DNA from: Myxococcales bacterium
Lineage (GTDB): Bacteria; Myxococcota_A; UBA9042
Length of the DNA stretch: 64,000 bases
Direction of reading: 5' to 3'
NCBI GenBank assembly: GCA_037441385.1
Contig: JBBISH010000005.1
Location: 45,392-109,391, forward strand
Under the pieces are notes generated by a model. It had not been told where the DNA came from, did not search any database, and saw only the letters and a list, made by a program, of their open reading frames with translations. Made by a program: the position numbers and the translations under genes. Below are positions 22,399 through 35,473 of the stretch, one piece after another (the stretch's first letter is position 1; each line of letters starts with the position of its first letter).

Positions 22399-25300
22399 AT
22401 GCGCAAAGCGCTTCTGCCCGCACCATTCCCCACCGCGCGCACCGCCGCGCCGTTGGCGATTGCCTGCATCGCCGCATGGGCACTGCTCGCCACCGGCTGC
22501 GACAGCGGCACCGCCGCGGCCACCGACACGGCCGGCTACACCTACCCGGGCTTCGACGTCACCATCGGCCCCAACGACACCCAGGGCGGCAGCGACGCCG
22601 GCAAAGACGCCGCCCCGGACAGCGCCCCAGAGGACACCACCCTCGCCGACGCCGCCGACTCCAGCGCCGAAGATGCCGACACCGCCAGCCCGGACGCCAG
22701 CGACGTCAAGAGTGACACCGGCGACGTCAAGAGCGAAGTGGTCAGCACCGACCCGTGCAACCCCAACCCTTGCTCGGAACCCAACAAAACGCTCTGCACC
22801 AAAGTGAGCAGCAAGGCCCAGTGCAACTGCAACATCGGCTTCGAGTTGCAGAGCGACGGCACCTGCGTCGAAAAGTGCGTCCCACCCAAGACCCCGCCCG
22901 CGCCACAAAAGAGCTTGAAGGCTGGCGACCTCGTCATCACCGAGATCATGGTCTGGCCGCTCGCCGTCAAAGACGACGCCGGCGAGTGGTTCGAAGTCAA
23001 GAACAACTCGACCAAAGACATCGACATGAACGGTCTGACCATGACCGACGACACCGGTACCGACAAGCACGTCATCAACGGCTGTGCGGGCAAGATGACC
23101 CTCAAGCCCGGCGAGTACAAAGTGCTCGGCCGCAACGGCAACAAAGCCACCAACGGCGGCAACGTTTACGACTACGTCTATGCCAGTACCTCGTTCAACA
23201 ACTTGAAGGATACGCTCCTTCTCCGCGCCGACTACGCCGTCCCGTCCGTCATCGACAAGGTTGCCTGGACCCAGTCGTGGCCCCTCATCGACTGGAAGGG
23301 CGCCGCGCTCAACCTGGACGTGACCATGACCACCGCCACTGGCAACGACGACTGGAAGAGCTTCTGTGCCTCGCCCAACAAGCTCCCCAGCGGCGACTAC
23401 GGCACGCCCGGCGTCGCCAACCCGGCCTGCCCCGCGCCGCCCGACCTGGACAGCGACGGCGTCCCCGATGCCCTGGACGATTGCCCCGCCAACTTTGACC
23501 CGCCCGGCCCCGACGGCGTCCAGGTCGACAGCGACGGCGACGGCAAGGGCGACGCCTGCGACAACTGCCCCGCCGAACCGAACCCCCAACAAGAAAACGC
23601 CGACGGCGACAGCAAGGGCGATGCCTGCGACCCCGCGGTCTGCGGCGACGGCGAGCTGGACCTGGGCGAGACCTGCGACGACGGCAACGACTACGTGGGC
23701 GACGGCTGCGACGCTTGCGCCATCGGCGTGCCGCTCGTCGGCAACCTGGTCATCAACGAGATCGTCGCCCACGGCGACAACGTGGAAGACGCTACCGGCC
23801 AATGGTTCGAGCTCTACAATCCCACGGGCGCCCCGGTCCCCATCAAGGGCTGGCAGCTCCAGGTCAAGAACGGCGTGGCGGGCAAGCCCAAGACCCACGT
23901 GATCAGCGACGCCGTGACGGTTCCCGCCAAAGGCTTTGTCGTCCTTGCCGCAAACAGCAACAAGGCCCTGAACGGCAACATCACAGCGCAGTACGCCTTC
24001 AACAAGCCTGGCGCCGAGTTCATGCTCGATCCCAACGGCGACACGCTCACCGTGGTGGACGTGCCCGGCAAGAAGATCGTGGACAGCGTGGCTTTTGGCC
24101 TCAATACCCCGGCCGTCAAGACCAACGTGGCGCTCCAGCTCGATCCCCTGTACGCCAACACGCTGCAGAATGACACGCTGGTCTACTGGTGCTACTCCAC
24201 CGCCCCGATCACCGGCGTGTCCGGCAACTTTGGTTCGCCCGGCCAAACCAACCCCAGCTGCACGCCACCCGGCGGCGACCAAGACGGCGACACCGTGCTG
24301 AACGAGGTGGACAACTGCCCCTTCGTCGCCAACGGCACCCAGGTCGACACCGACGGCGACAAAGTGGGCGACGCCTGCGACGTGTGCCCCAAAGTCGCCA
24401 ACCCCAAGCAATCCGACGGCGACGCCGACGGCGTGGGCGACCTGTGCGACAACTGCCTGGTCACGCCCAACCCCACCCAAATCGACAGCGACAGCGACGG
24501 GTTTGGCGATGCCTGCGACTCGCCCACCTGCGGCAACGGCACCCTCGAGGCCGCCGAGGCCTGTGACGACAACAATACCGCCGGCGGCGACGGCTGCTCG
24601 ATCAACTGCCAGAAGGAAAGCTACAGTGCCGGGCAAGTTCTAATTACTGAAATCATGGCGAATCCCAAGGCGCCGATCGAAGACGCCAACGGCGAGTGGG
24701 TCGAGATCTACAACCCCGGCGAACTGCCCGTGGACCTGAACGGCTGGGTCCTGCGCGACAACGGCACCAACAAGGTCGTCCTCACCTCGACCAAGCCGCT
24801 GTGGGTCGCCCCGGGCGGCTACTTCGTGATCGGCGCGTCGACCGACAAGGTCCTCAACGGCGGCGTCACCGTGCAAATCGCCTGGGCCCCCGGTCAGTTC
24901 TCGCTGGGCAACATCACGGGCGACGACGCCATCTTGGAGTGGAACGGCACCAAGATCGACGGTGTGACCTACATCCCCAAGCCACCGGCCTGCTACACCC
25001 CACCGCCGCCGTCGACCTGCGCGAGCCAATTCCCCGTGGTGGAAGGCAAGTCGATGCAGCTAGACCCGGGCGCCTACGATGCCGTCAAGAACGACGACGG
25101 CAAGAACTGGTGCGAGGGCAAACAACCCTTTGGCAGCGGCGACTTCGGCTCGCCTGGCCAGGCCAACCCGCCGTGCGTCAACCCCTGCGAGGGCCAGGCC
25201 GACAATGTGCCCTGCGGCACCGACCTCATCTGCGTCGGCGGTCAGTGCAAGCCCGCGCCCAAATGCGGCGACGGCATCATCACCGCCGCCATCGGCGAGG

Positions 25301-26070
25301 AATGCGACGACGGCAACCAGACCGACGGCGACGGCTGCTCGGCCCAATGCAAGAAGGAAGCGCCGCCGCAACCCAAGGGCACCCTGGTCATCACCGAGGT
25401 CATGGTCGACCCCGACGCCGTCAGCGACAGCAAGGGCGAGTGGTTCGAGGTCTACAACCCGACCACCGAGGCCATCGACCTTACCGGTTGGAAGCTCATC
25501 GCCGACACGACCATCCACACCGTCACGGTCGGCGGGCCCAACGTGCCGAACCCACCCGTGGTGGCCGCCAAACAATTCGCGCTTTTGCTCGCGGTTGCGG
25601 ACCCGGCGGCCAACAACAACCTAAAGCCCGTGTACGGCTGGGTCGATCAGGCCGCAGTCGGCGGCTCGCTCACGCTCAAGAACGTCCACCTGGACTGGAA
25701 GCTCCAGCTCGTCAACCCCGCTGGGGCGGTCATCGACGAAGTCAACGCGGGCAAGCTGCCTTGGGGCGTGGGCAATTCGGCGATGGTTCAGCCCAACTGC
25801 CTGACTCCGGCTGACAACGACAAGCCCGAGTGCTGGGTTGCCGCGGGCGCGACCTGCGGCTACGGCCTCTACATGGGCGCGTCGACCTACGCCGCCGAAC
25901 CGCCGGTCTGCACCGCTCCCACCGACTGTGCCGCCCCGACCGTGTGCCAGCCGATGACAGCCGTCCAAGACGGCAGCAAAATCATGTGGAAGTACGACTT
26001 GCAGGCAACGCAGAGTCGCTGCGGCGCGCGCGACCGCGGTACCCCGGGTTACGGCAACATGTGCCCGTAG
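22399..26070 (+). CDS. Large lipoprotein with four lamin-tail (LTD) domains, thrombospondin type-3 Ca-binding repeats and myxobacterial Cys-rich (DUF4215-like) repeats
   Basis: Lipobox LATG-C; 4x (L/V)I(T/N)E(I/V)..G(E/Q)W(F/V)E; DxDGDGxGDACD repeats; 3x CG(D/N)G..CDDxN..GDGC. Confidence 0.85.
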   Translation: MRKALLPAPFPTARTAAPLAIACIAAWALLATGCDSGTAAATDTAGYTYPGFDVTIGPNDTQGGSDAGKDAAPDSAPEDTTLADAADSSAEDADTASPDASDVKSDTGDVKSEVVSTDPCNPNPCSEPNKTLCTKVSSKAQCNCNIGFELQSDGTCVEKCVPPKTPPAPQKSLKAGDLVITEIMVWPLAVKDDAGEWFEVKNNSTKDIDMNGLTMTDDTGTDKHVINGCAGKMTLKPGEYKVLGRNGNKATNGGNVYDYVYASTSFNNLKDTLLLRADYAVPSVIDKVAWTQSWPLIDWKGAALNLDVTMTTATGNDDWKSFCASPNKLPSGDYGTPGVANPACPAPPDLDSDGVPDALDDCPANFDPPGPDGVQVDSDGDGKGDACDNCPAEPNPQQENADGDSKGDACDPAVCGDGELDLGETCDDGNDYVGDGCDACAIGVPLVGNLVINEIVAHGDNVEDATGQWFELYNPTGAPVPIKGWQLQVKNGVAGKPKTHVISDAVTVPAKGFVVLAANSNKALNGNITAQYAFNKPGAEFMLDPNGDTLTVVDVPGKKIVDSVAFGLNTPAVKTNVALQLDPLYANTLQNDTLVYWCYSTAPITGVSGNFGSPGQTNPSCTPPGGDQDGDTVLNEVDNCPFVANGTQVDTDGDKVGDACDVCPKVANPKQSDGDADGVGDLCDNCLVTPNPTQIDSDSDGFGDACDSPTCGNGTLEAAEACDDNNTAGGDGCSINCQKESYSAGQVLITEIMANPKAPIEDANGEWVEIYNPGELPVDLNGWVLRDNGTNKVVLTSTKPLWVAPGGYFVIGASTDKVLNGGVTVQIAWAPGQFSLGNITGDDAILEWNGTKIDGVTYIPKPPACYTPPPPSTCASQFPVVEGKSMQLDPGAYDAVKNDDGKNWCEGKQPFGSGDFGSPGQANPPCVNPCEGQADNVPCGTDLICVGGQCKPAPKCGDGIITAAIGEECDDGNQTDGDGCSAQCKKEAPPQPKGTLVITEVMVDPDAVSDSKGEWFEVYNPTTEAIDLTGWKLIADTTIHTVTVGGPNVPNPPVVAAKQFALLLAVADPAANNNLKPVYGWVDQAAVGGSLTLKNVHLDWKLQLVNPAGAVIDEVNAGKLPWGVGNSAMVQPNCLTPADNDKPECWVAAGATCGYGLYMGASTYAAEPPVCTAPTDCAAPTVCQPMTAVQDGSKIMWKYDLQATQSRCGARDRGTPGYGNMCP

Positions 26071-26137
26071 CCCCCAAGCGGCGCCGACAGCGTCCGTGCT
26101 CATCCCCACCCATCCCCACCTGCGGCGGAGAGAACCT

Positions 26138-27514
26138 ATGGTAACTCAAGCCAAGACCAAGCTTTTTGGTACCGACGGCGTGCGCGGCGAAGCCAACGCC
26201 GGCGCCATGACCGTAGAAAATGCCGTGCAAATTGGCCGCGCCATCGGCCTGCTCTGTGCCCGCAGCAGCCGCCACGAGCGCCCGCGCGTCCTCATCGGCA
26301 AAGACACCCGCCGGTCGGGCTACTTGTTCGAAAATGCCCTGGTCGCGGGACTCTGCTCGGTGGGCGCCGACTCGTACCTGGTCGGGCCGCTCCCCACCCC
26401 GGGCATCGCGTTCATGTGCGTGGGGATGCGCGCCGACGCGGGCGTGGTGATCTCGGCGTCCCACAACCCGTTTGGCGACAACGGCATCAAGGTGTTCGGC
26501 GCCGACGGCTTCAAGCTCCCCGACGAGTTGGAGGCGCAGATCGAAGACTGGGTGGCCAACCCGCAGCCGCTGTTGGCCGGGCTCGCGCGCGGGCTCGACA
26601 TTGGCAGGGCCCACCGCGTCGACGACGCCTGGGGCCGCTACACCGTCAAACTCAAGACGACCCTGGCCAATGACCTGACCTTGGATGGTCTAAAAATTGC
26701 TGTGGATGCCGGACACGGGGCCGCCTACAAGGTGGCGCCGATGGTCTTTGAAGAGCTGGGCGCCGAGGTCGTGCTCCTCAACGGCCGGCCCGACGGCGTC
26801 AACATCAACGAGGGCTGCGGCGCGCTCCACCCCGAGGGACTGGCGCGAGCGGTCGTTGAAAATGGTTGTCAATTGGGCGTGGCGTTGGATGGCGACGCCG
26901 ATCGGCTGGTCCTGGTGGACGAAAAGGGCCAAGTCGTTGACGGCGACCACACCATGGCGCTCTGCGCCACGCGAATGAAGGCCCAGGGCACGCTGAAAGG
27001 CAACACCGTGGTGGCCACCGTCATGAGCAACTACGGCTTCGAGATTGCCTTGCGGCAAGCGGGGATCGACGTGTTGCGCACGGACGTGGGCGATCGGCTG
27101 GTGGTCGAGGCGATGCGCCGCGGCGGCTACAACTTGGGCGGCGAGCAGTCAGGTCACCTAGTGTTCTTGGACCACGCCACCACCGGCGACGGCGTACTGG
27201 CCGCTCTGCAAGTGCTGGGGATTCTGCAGCGCGAGCAGCGGCCCCTGTCCGAGCTGGCGGCGGTGATGCAGACGGTGCCGCAAGTGCTCATCAACCTGGC
27301 CGTGCGCGACAAGCCGCCGATCCAAAGCCTGCCCGCCGTGGCCGGCATCATCGACGAAGTGGAGCGCGAGCTGGTGGGGCAAGGCCGGGTGCTGGTTCGC
27401 TATTCCGGCACCGAGCGCAAGTGCCGGGTGATGGTCGAGGGCCGCGACGCCGACCAAGTGCGCGCCCACGCCTCGCGCATCGCCGACAGCGTGGTGGCCG
27501 CCATCGGCGCGTAA
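26138..27514 (+). CDS. glmM: Phosphoglucosamine mutase
   Basis: LFGTDGVRG, ISASHNP, DGDADR, GGEQSGH and RYSGTE. Confidence 0.96.
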   Translation: MVTQAKTKLFGTDGVRGEANAGAMTVENAVQIGRAIGLLCARSSRHERPRVLIGKDTRRSGYLFENALVAGLCSVGADSYLVGPLPTPGIAFMCVGMRADAGVVISASHNPFGDNGIKVFGADGFKLPDELEAQIEDWVANPQPLLAGLARGLDIGRAHRVDDAWGRYTVKLKTTLANDLTLDGLKIAVDAGHGAAYKVAPMVFEELGAEVVLLNGRPDGVNINEGCGALHPEGLARAVVENGCQLGVALDGDADRLVLVDEKGQVVDGDHTMALCATRMKAQGTLKGNTVVATVMSNYGFEIALRQAGIDVLRTDVGDRLVVEAMRRGGYNLGGEQSGHLVFLDHATTGDGVLAALQVLGILQREQRPLSELAAVMQTVPQVLINLAVRDKPPIQSLPAVAGIIDEVERELVGQGRVLVRYSGTERKCRVMVEGRDADQVRAHASRIADSVVAAIGA

Positions 27515-27516
27515 CG

Positions 27517-27875
27517 ATGCCGAAGCTGGTGACCCTGGTCCTGTGCAGCGCGTTGGCCGTGGCGCAGACGGCAGCGGCCGACGACTGGACCGGTGCCGAC
27601 AAGGCCGCTCACTTTGGGTTTTCACTCGCCTTTGGCGCTGCCGCGACCGCCAGCGTGCCCGTGGCCGGCGGACCGGCCGGGCCGCAATGGCAGCCGCTGG
27701 CGCTTGGCTTTGGCATCGGCTTGGTCCCCGGCCTGGCCAAAGAAGGCTGGGATCTGACCGGCCGCGGCGACCCATCGTGGAAGGACATGGCCTGGAACAC
27801 GGTGGGCTCGTTGGTCGGCGCCGGCATCGTCTGGGCCGCGCAAAGCCTGCTGACTCCGCACGCTGCGACGTCTCG

Positions 27876-27879
<4 letters not shown>
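27517..27879 (+). CDS. YfiM/DUF2279-like secreted or membrane protein
   Basis: [25 protein letters not shown]. Confidence 0.75.
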
Positions 27880-30461
<2,582 letters not shown>

Positions 30462-30669
30462 CGAATCTCCTTGCGCCAGCTTGGATAGACCTTGACCCCG
30501 CGCGCCCCCAGCGCTCCACTTTGCGCTGCACGCCCACTCGCACCGCCCGACGCAGCGTCTGGCGATTCTTGTGTGTTTGGTTGAGGTTAGGTCGCCGCAA
30601 CTCGGGCACTGGCGACAGAAATCAGGAAAGGACGGCTGGCCGTGCTGTCAAGGCACGCCGCTGGTGCCG

Positions 30670-33600
30670 CTAGCGCGAAATGGCCTTGTAGTAGCGCTGC
30701 AGGCGGTCGTGCCAGCCGCCGGGCTCGGGCTGCTGCATCGATTTCAGCACTTCTTCGCGGAAACGGTCAACGGCGTCGTTCTGATTGCCCGAGCGGATCT
30801 CGGCCGATCCACCCGGCTCCATGCCCACCTGCTCGCTGCCTTCCTGCCTCGGCTGGCCCGACCCACCGCCTTGCTGCAGCATCTCGCTCGCCCGCTCCAG
30901 CGTGTCCAGAATCTCGGCGGTCTGGTCAAAGGCGCGCTGGGCATCGCCGCGCCGCAAGCTGTCTTCGGCCTCGCGGAGTACCTGCAGCGCGTGATCCAGC
31001 CGCTCGCCGACTTGCTGCCGCAGGGCAGGGTGGGCATCGCCGGCCTCGCGCAGGCGCTTTTGTAGGCGTTCGAGCAAGTTGCGCACTTGCGCCTGGGGCT
31101 CGCCAAGGCCGGCCACCCGTTGCCGGCTCGCTGGCCGCAGCAGCTCGGACGCCTCGGGCATCGCTTCGCGGAGGCGCTCGGCCATCTTGGACAGCCGCTC
31201 TTGGGCGGCGTCGACACGGCGAGCATCCGCCTGAGTATCCTTGGAGTTTTCGCCGCCCTGTGCCAGCGCCCGCCTCGCCGCGCCCAGTTCGTCTTGCGCC
31301 TCTTGCAGCGACTGCATGGCCGCGTCCAGGCTGCTGCGTTGCAGGGCGTCGCCCACGCCGTCCAACGCCCGCCGCACCTCGGCCAAGGCCGGCCCACCGC
31401 GCAGGACCGCCGTTTTCAACCGCGACGGGCGCAACATTTCGCGGATGTCGTTCAGCATTTCGCCAAGCTGCGGCGCCAGTGTGTCGCGCATCTGCCGCAT
31501 CAGGTCGTCTTGGGCGTGCTGCTGCTCTTCGGCCGGGCTGCGCAAGTCGTCGCGAATGCGCCCTTGCCCGTCTAGCGCCCGGTCGATGCCGCGCCGAAGA
31601 TCCTGCAGCAAACGTTCGTACGAGCGGTCTTCGGCGCCGCGATGCTGGGCCAAACCTTGCTGCACGCCGCCCGAGGCCTGCGCCAGATTCTCGGCCAATT
31701 GCCGCATTTTCTCAAGGGCTTCACGGCTCTTGCCCTCGCGGAGCAACCGCCGCACCTCGGCCAGACCCGTGCGCTGGTCGGCCAGATCCCGCGGCAGGCC
31801 ACTGGGATCGATGGCCTGGGCGTTGACGTGCTCGTGGGGCACCTGCCGAGCTTGCTTTTGTGCGGTGGTCGCCAGCCGATCGACCTGCTGCTCGACCAGA
31901 TCCAGCAGGCGCTCCGCCTCGGCCTGCATTGGCTTGCTGTTGGTGTCAGCCATTTTCTCTAGCGTAGACATGAGCTTGCGTTGTGTGTCGGCCAGCGTGG
32001 CACTGTCGCGCACCAGGGCTGCCTCGCGCTCGTCGCCGGCCAGTTCGACCAGCGCCACCACGGCTTGCTCTTGCGCCGCCACCACCATCGCATGGCTGCG
32101 CTGCAGCTGGTACAACTGGCGGACCGCGGTATAGCCCTCGGCCATCGAATAGCCGCTGGGCACCGAGCGGGCTTCGTCGGTCAGGGCGTCGGTCAGTTGC
32201 TTGTCGATGGCGTCCAGGTCGGCGAGCGAGCGCGGCCGGGCCAACGAGTCGTCGGCCAAGTCCATGCGCAGTTGGTGCAGCGCGTCCAGCGCCTTGCGCT
32301 CCTCTTCGGCAAACTGGTTGCGCCGTTTCAGCGCTTCGGGCAATTCGGCATGGGCATCGCCGGGGTCGCGCTCGACCCGGTCGGCCAGGCGCAGCGTCCA
32401 GGTGTCCGCAACTTGGCCAAGCGCGTCGAGCACTTTGCTGTGCTGCCGGTCCGACGAGAACATCCGGACCCGCAACTTGCGCGAGCTGCCTTTGCGCGCG
32501 CCATCGAAGGGATTTGTATCCGCGGCCTCGAGATAGAGCTCGGCCGACTCGCCCGGACGCAGCTGCAACCCGTCGACCGCCAAGCTCTCGCGCACCGTGT
32601 GGTGGGCCGGATTGCCGCGCACCTCGATCGGCCGGCGCTCCAGGCCGGTAGCGGGCCGCTGGATGACCAATTCTACCTGCAGCAGGCCAATGTCGTCGTC
32701 GACTTGGCCCTGCAGCGCCACGGTCTGACCGGGCCGGACTTCCAGGTCGGCGCTCGGCTTGTCCAAGGCAACGCGCGGCGGATGATCGGCCTGGACCCGC
32801 AGTTCGCGCCACGCGGTCTCGCGCACGGGTTGCCGCTGGTCGTCGCGGCCCAGGTAGCGGTACTTGACGGGATCCAAGAGCGTGGCCTGCCACACCAAGC
32901 CCTTGCCCGGCAGTTCGGCCACCGGCTGCCGCTCGCTGTGCGGGGGACCGGCCAAGCGGGTCTGCACCTCCACGGCCTCGATCACCATGCCGGGCAGCGG
33001 CGAGGTCTCGACCGTCACGTGACTTCCGCGCAGCACCGTCGTTTCTGCGCCGTCGTCGTCGCGCGAGGGCACCACGGCCGCCGCGTAAGCCGGCGGGTCG
33101 ACGCGCACCCGCGAATCCCCCACCATCGTGCCAATGTCGCGCGGCGGCACTTGCTCGGCGATCGGGTCGGCCCACCAGTCGTGCCAAGTGTCGGGCACGC
33201 CCCGCCAGGCCAGAGCGGCCAGCAGCGCCGCCAGCAGCAGCGACGCACCATAGCGCTGACAGCGTACCCAGATCGCCGCCGCGTCGATATCCAGACCCCG
33301 CGCCTGCTCCTCGGCCTGATGGAGCGTCTCGACCAGCAGCCACGGCGAGCCCAGGGTGAGCGGCGGCGTGCCACTTTGGAGATTGTGGGCCAACTCGGCA
33401 CCACTCTTTAGCAACTCGCCATCTACCTCGGCATGGCGCACCGCCCGCAGCGCGGCCCACTGCGCCAAGTCGCGGCCCGACAGGAACCGGTGCGTCAGCA
33501 TCGCCAGGGCCGTCCCGAGCGCCGGCACCAGCGCAGTCCACGCCAACAGGCGGCCGACACCCAGGGTCTTGTGCAGCAAGGTTGCGATTGCCAAGCCGAA

Positions 33601-33816
33601 TGCCGTCACGACCAGCGCCGCGACCAGGCCCAGCAGCGCCGCTTCGACCGAAGTGACCCAGCGCCAGCGCGCCCGCGCCAGCAGCAGTCGCCGGACCAAG
33701 CCGTCGGCCGCCCGTACCGGCGCCGTTTCGTTGTAGCCGCGACCCCCGCGCACCGAGGAGGTGGCGGCGAAAATTCCCGTGATACTTTGCGCGCCTTGCG
33801 GTGATTGGCTGGGCAT
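30670..33816 (-). CDS. DUF4175-like membrane-anchored coiled-coil protein (start approximate)
   Basis: N-terminal TMs, PPAY, DHPPRV..DDDIGL, long Q/L/E helical region and C-terminal ..RYYKAISR. Confidence 0.7.
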   Translation of the reverse strand: MPSQSPQGAQSITGIFAATSSVRGGRGYNETAPVRAADGLVRRLLLARARWRWVTSVEAALLGLVAALVVTAFGLAIATLLHKTLGVGRLLAWTALVPALGTALAMLTHRFLSGRDLAQWAALRAVRHAEVDGELLKSGAELAHNLQSGTPPLTLGSPWLLVETLHQAEEQARGLDIDAAAIWVRCQRYGASLLLAALLAALAWRGVPDTWHDWWADPIAEQVPPRDIGTMVGDSRVRVDPPAYAAAVVPSRDDDGAETTVLRGSHVTVETSPLPGMVIEAVEVQTRLAGPPHSERQPVAELPGKGLVWQATLLDPVKYRYLGRDDQRQPVRETAWRELRVQADHPPRVALDKPSADLEVRPGQTVALQGQVDDDIGLLQVELVIQRPATGLERRPIEVRGNPAHHTVRESLAVDGLQLRPGESAELYLEAADTNPFDGARKGSSRKLRVRMFSSDRQHSKVLDALGQVADTWTLRLADRVERDPGDAHAELPEALKRRNQFAEEERKALDALHQLRMDLADDSLARPRSLADLDAIDKQLTDALTDEARSVPSGYSMAEGYTAVRQLYQLQRSHAMVVAAQEQAVVALVELAGDEREAALVRDSATLADTQRKLMSTLEKMADTNSKPMQAEAERLLDLVEQQVDRLATTAQKQARQVPHEHVNAQAIDPSGLPRDLADQRTGLAEVRRLLREGKSREALEKMRQLAENLAQASGGVQQGLAQHRGAEDRSYERLLQDLRRGIDRALDGQGRIRDDLRSPAEEQQHAQDDLMRQMRDTLAPQLGEMLNDIREMLRPSRLKTAVLRGGPALAEVRRALDGVGDALQRSSLDAAMQSLQEAQDELGAARRALAQGGENSKDTQADARRVDAAQERLSKMAERLREAMPEASELLRPASRQRVAGLGEPQAQVRNLLERLQKRLREAGDAHPALRQQVGERLDHALQVLREAEDSLRRGDAQRAFDQTAEILDTLERASEMLQQGGGSGQPRQEGSEQVGMEPGGSAEIRSGNQNDAVDRFREEVLKSMQQPEPGGWHDRLQRYYKAISR

Positions 33817-33993
33817 CGTCTGCGGCGAAGCGAGAGCGCCCTGCTGGACCGCCGCGAACCGCAAACTGCCGATCGTGTCCGGGGTTGTCAACTGCTTTGA
33901 GGCGCCGATTGCGACCATGGCTTGCTGCCACCGCGCCGCCGTGGTCAAATCCGCGCCCCCGCGCCGGCCCGGTCTTGGCGCATCGAGGTTGTC

Positions 33994-35085
33994 ATGGGTC
34001 TGTCGTGCGGTATCGTTGGTCTGCCAAACGTTGGAAAGTCCACGCTTTTTAATGCGCTCACGCGCGCTGGCGCCCAGGCGGCCAACTACCCGTTCTGCAC
34101 GATCGAACCCAACAACGGCATCGTGCCCCTGCGTGATCCGCGCTTGGACCGCATCGCCCAGATCGTCGGGACGCCCACGATCATCTACGCCACCATGGAG
34201 TTCGTCGACATCGCCGGCCTGGTCAAGGGTGCCAGCAAAGGCGAAGGGTTGGGCAACAAGTTCTTGGCCAATATCCGCGAGACCGACGCGATTGCCCATG
34301 TGCTGCGCTGCTTTGACGACGGCGATGTGGTCCACGTAGAGGGCTCGGTCGATCCCGAGCGCGACGCGGCGATCATCAACACCGAGCTGGCCCTGGCGGA
34401 TCTGGAGCAGGTCGAGCGGCGCCTGCAGCGGCAGCAAAAGCTTCTGAAAACGGGCGACAAAGATGTGGTGGCCGAAGTGGCCGTGCTCGAGCGCGTCTAC
34501 GCCGTGCTGAACGAAGGCAAGCCGGCGCGCACGCTGGAGGTCGGCAAGGAAGAAGACGTCTACCTCAGGGCACTGCAGCTGATGACCCGCAAGCCCATGC
34601 TTTACGTGGCCAATACCACCGACCCGGGCACCGACAATCCCTACCTAGAGCGCGTGCGCGCCTTGGCCAAGGCCGAAGGGGCGGCGGTGGTCGAGCTGTC
34701 GTGCAAGACCGAGGCCGAGATTTCGGAGCTGGACGACGAGGCCGAGCGCAAGGAATTCTTGACTGCCCTGGGCCTGCACGAGTCCGGCCTGGACCGGCTG
34801 GCACATGCCGCCTTTGATCTCGTGGGGTTGCAGACCTACTTCACAGCTGGCGTCAAAGAGGCGCGCGCCTGGACGATTCGCAAGGGCTGGACCGCGCCGC
34901 AGGCCGCGGGCGTCATCCACACCGACTTCGAGCGCGGCTTCATCAAGGCTGAAATCTACAACTGCGACGACCTGTTTGCCCTGGGGACGGAGAGCGCGGT
35001 TGGCGCGGCTGGCAAGAAGCGCATGGAAGGCAAAGAGTACGTGATGCGCGACGGGGATGTGTGCAACTTCCGGTTCAATGTCTGA
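33994..35085 (+). CDS. ychF: Ribosome-binding ATPase YchF
   Basis: [37 protein letters not shown] and [10 protein letters not shown]. Confidence 0.98.
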   Translation: MGLSCGIVGLPNVGKSTLFNALTRAGAQAANYPFCTIEPNNGIVPLRDPRLDRIAQIVGTPTIIYATMEFVDIAGLVKGASKGEGLGNKFLANIRETDAIAHVLRCFDDGDVVHVEGSVDPERDAAIINTELALADLEQVERRLQRQQKLLKTGDKDVVAEVAVLERVYAVLNEGKPARTLEVGKEEDVYLRALQLMTRKPMLYVANTTDPGTDNPYLERVRALAKAEGAAVVELSCKTEAEISELDDEAERKEFLTALGLHESGLDRLAHAAFDLVGLQTYFTAGVKEARAWTIRKGWTAPQAAGVIHTDFERGFIKAEIYNCDDLFALGTESAVGAAGKKRMEGKEYVMRDGDVCNFRFNV

Positions 35086-35389
35086 CCGCCCACGGGCCAT
35101 GTCCCTGCCGCCGCAACCCCATCCCCACCTTGCGCCTTGGCTGGCCGCCGTCTTGCGCGCGCTTTTCTGGCTCGCGACCCTTACCGTGGCGCTCGCCGTT
35201 TGGGAGTTCGCGACCGGCGCCGAGTTGCCGTACAACTCCGAAGGCCGCTATTTCGACCCCACAGAGGGTGTGGTGTACCATCAGCAAACCGTGGAGTTTT
35301 GGGCGGTTGTGCTGGTTGTTGCCGCGATCGCCGCCGTTGGCAGTCTGTGGTGGCTGAAAAAGCCGCCAAGTTCACGATTTTTGCCGTAA
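35078..35389 (+). CDS. Small two-TM hypothetical membrane protein
   Basis: Two hydrophobic segments flank LPYNSEGRYFDPTEGVVYHQQ; overlaps the ychF stop. Confidence 0.6.
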   Translation: MSDRPRAMSLPPQPHPHLAPWLAAVLRALFWLATLTVALAVWEFATGAELPYNSEGRYFDPTEGVVYHQQTVEFWAVVLVVAAIAAVGSLWWLKKPPSSRFLP

Positions 35390-35473
35390 AGTTGGCCCGT
35401 TTCCAGGCTCGGAGTAGACTGCCGGCGGAGGCCCGCGCGTCCAAAAGGGCGCGGTCTGTCCGCTGGAGTCCGC

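Noticed and set aside
30462..30669. Heat-shock operator (CIRCE, HAIR, CtsR) upstream of clpB
   Set aside because: No convincing match; only a TTGACA on the minus strand without a clear -10.
33817..34437. N-terminal extensions in the ORF track (DUF4175 to 34437; similarly tsaD to 6471, rsmA to 4934, and 55039-57303)
   Set aside because: They overlap bona fide neighbouring genes; homology and RBS evidence support later starts.
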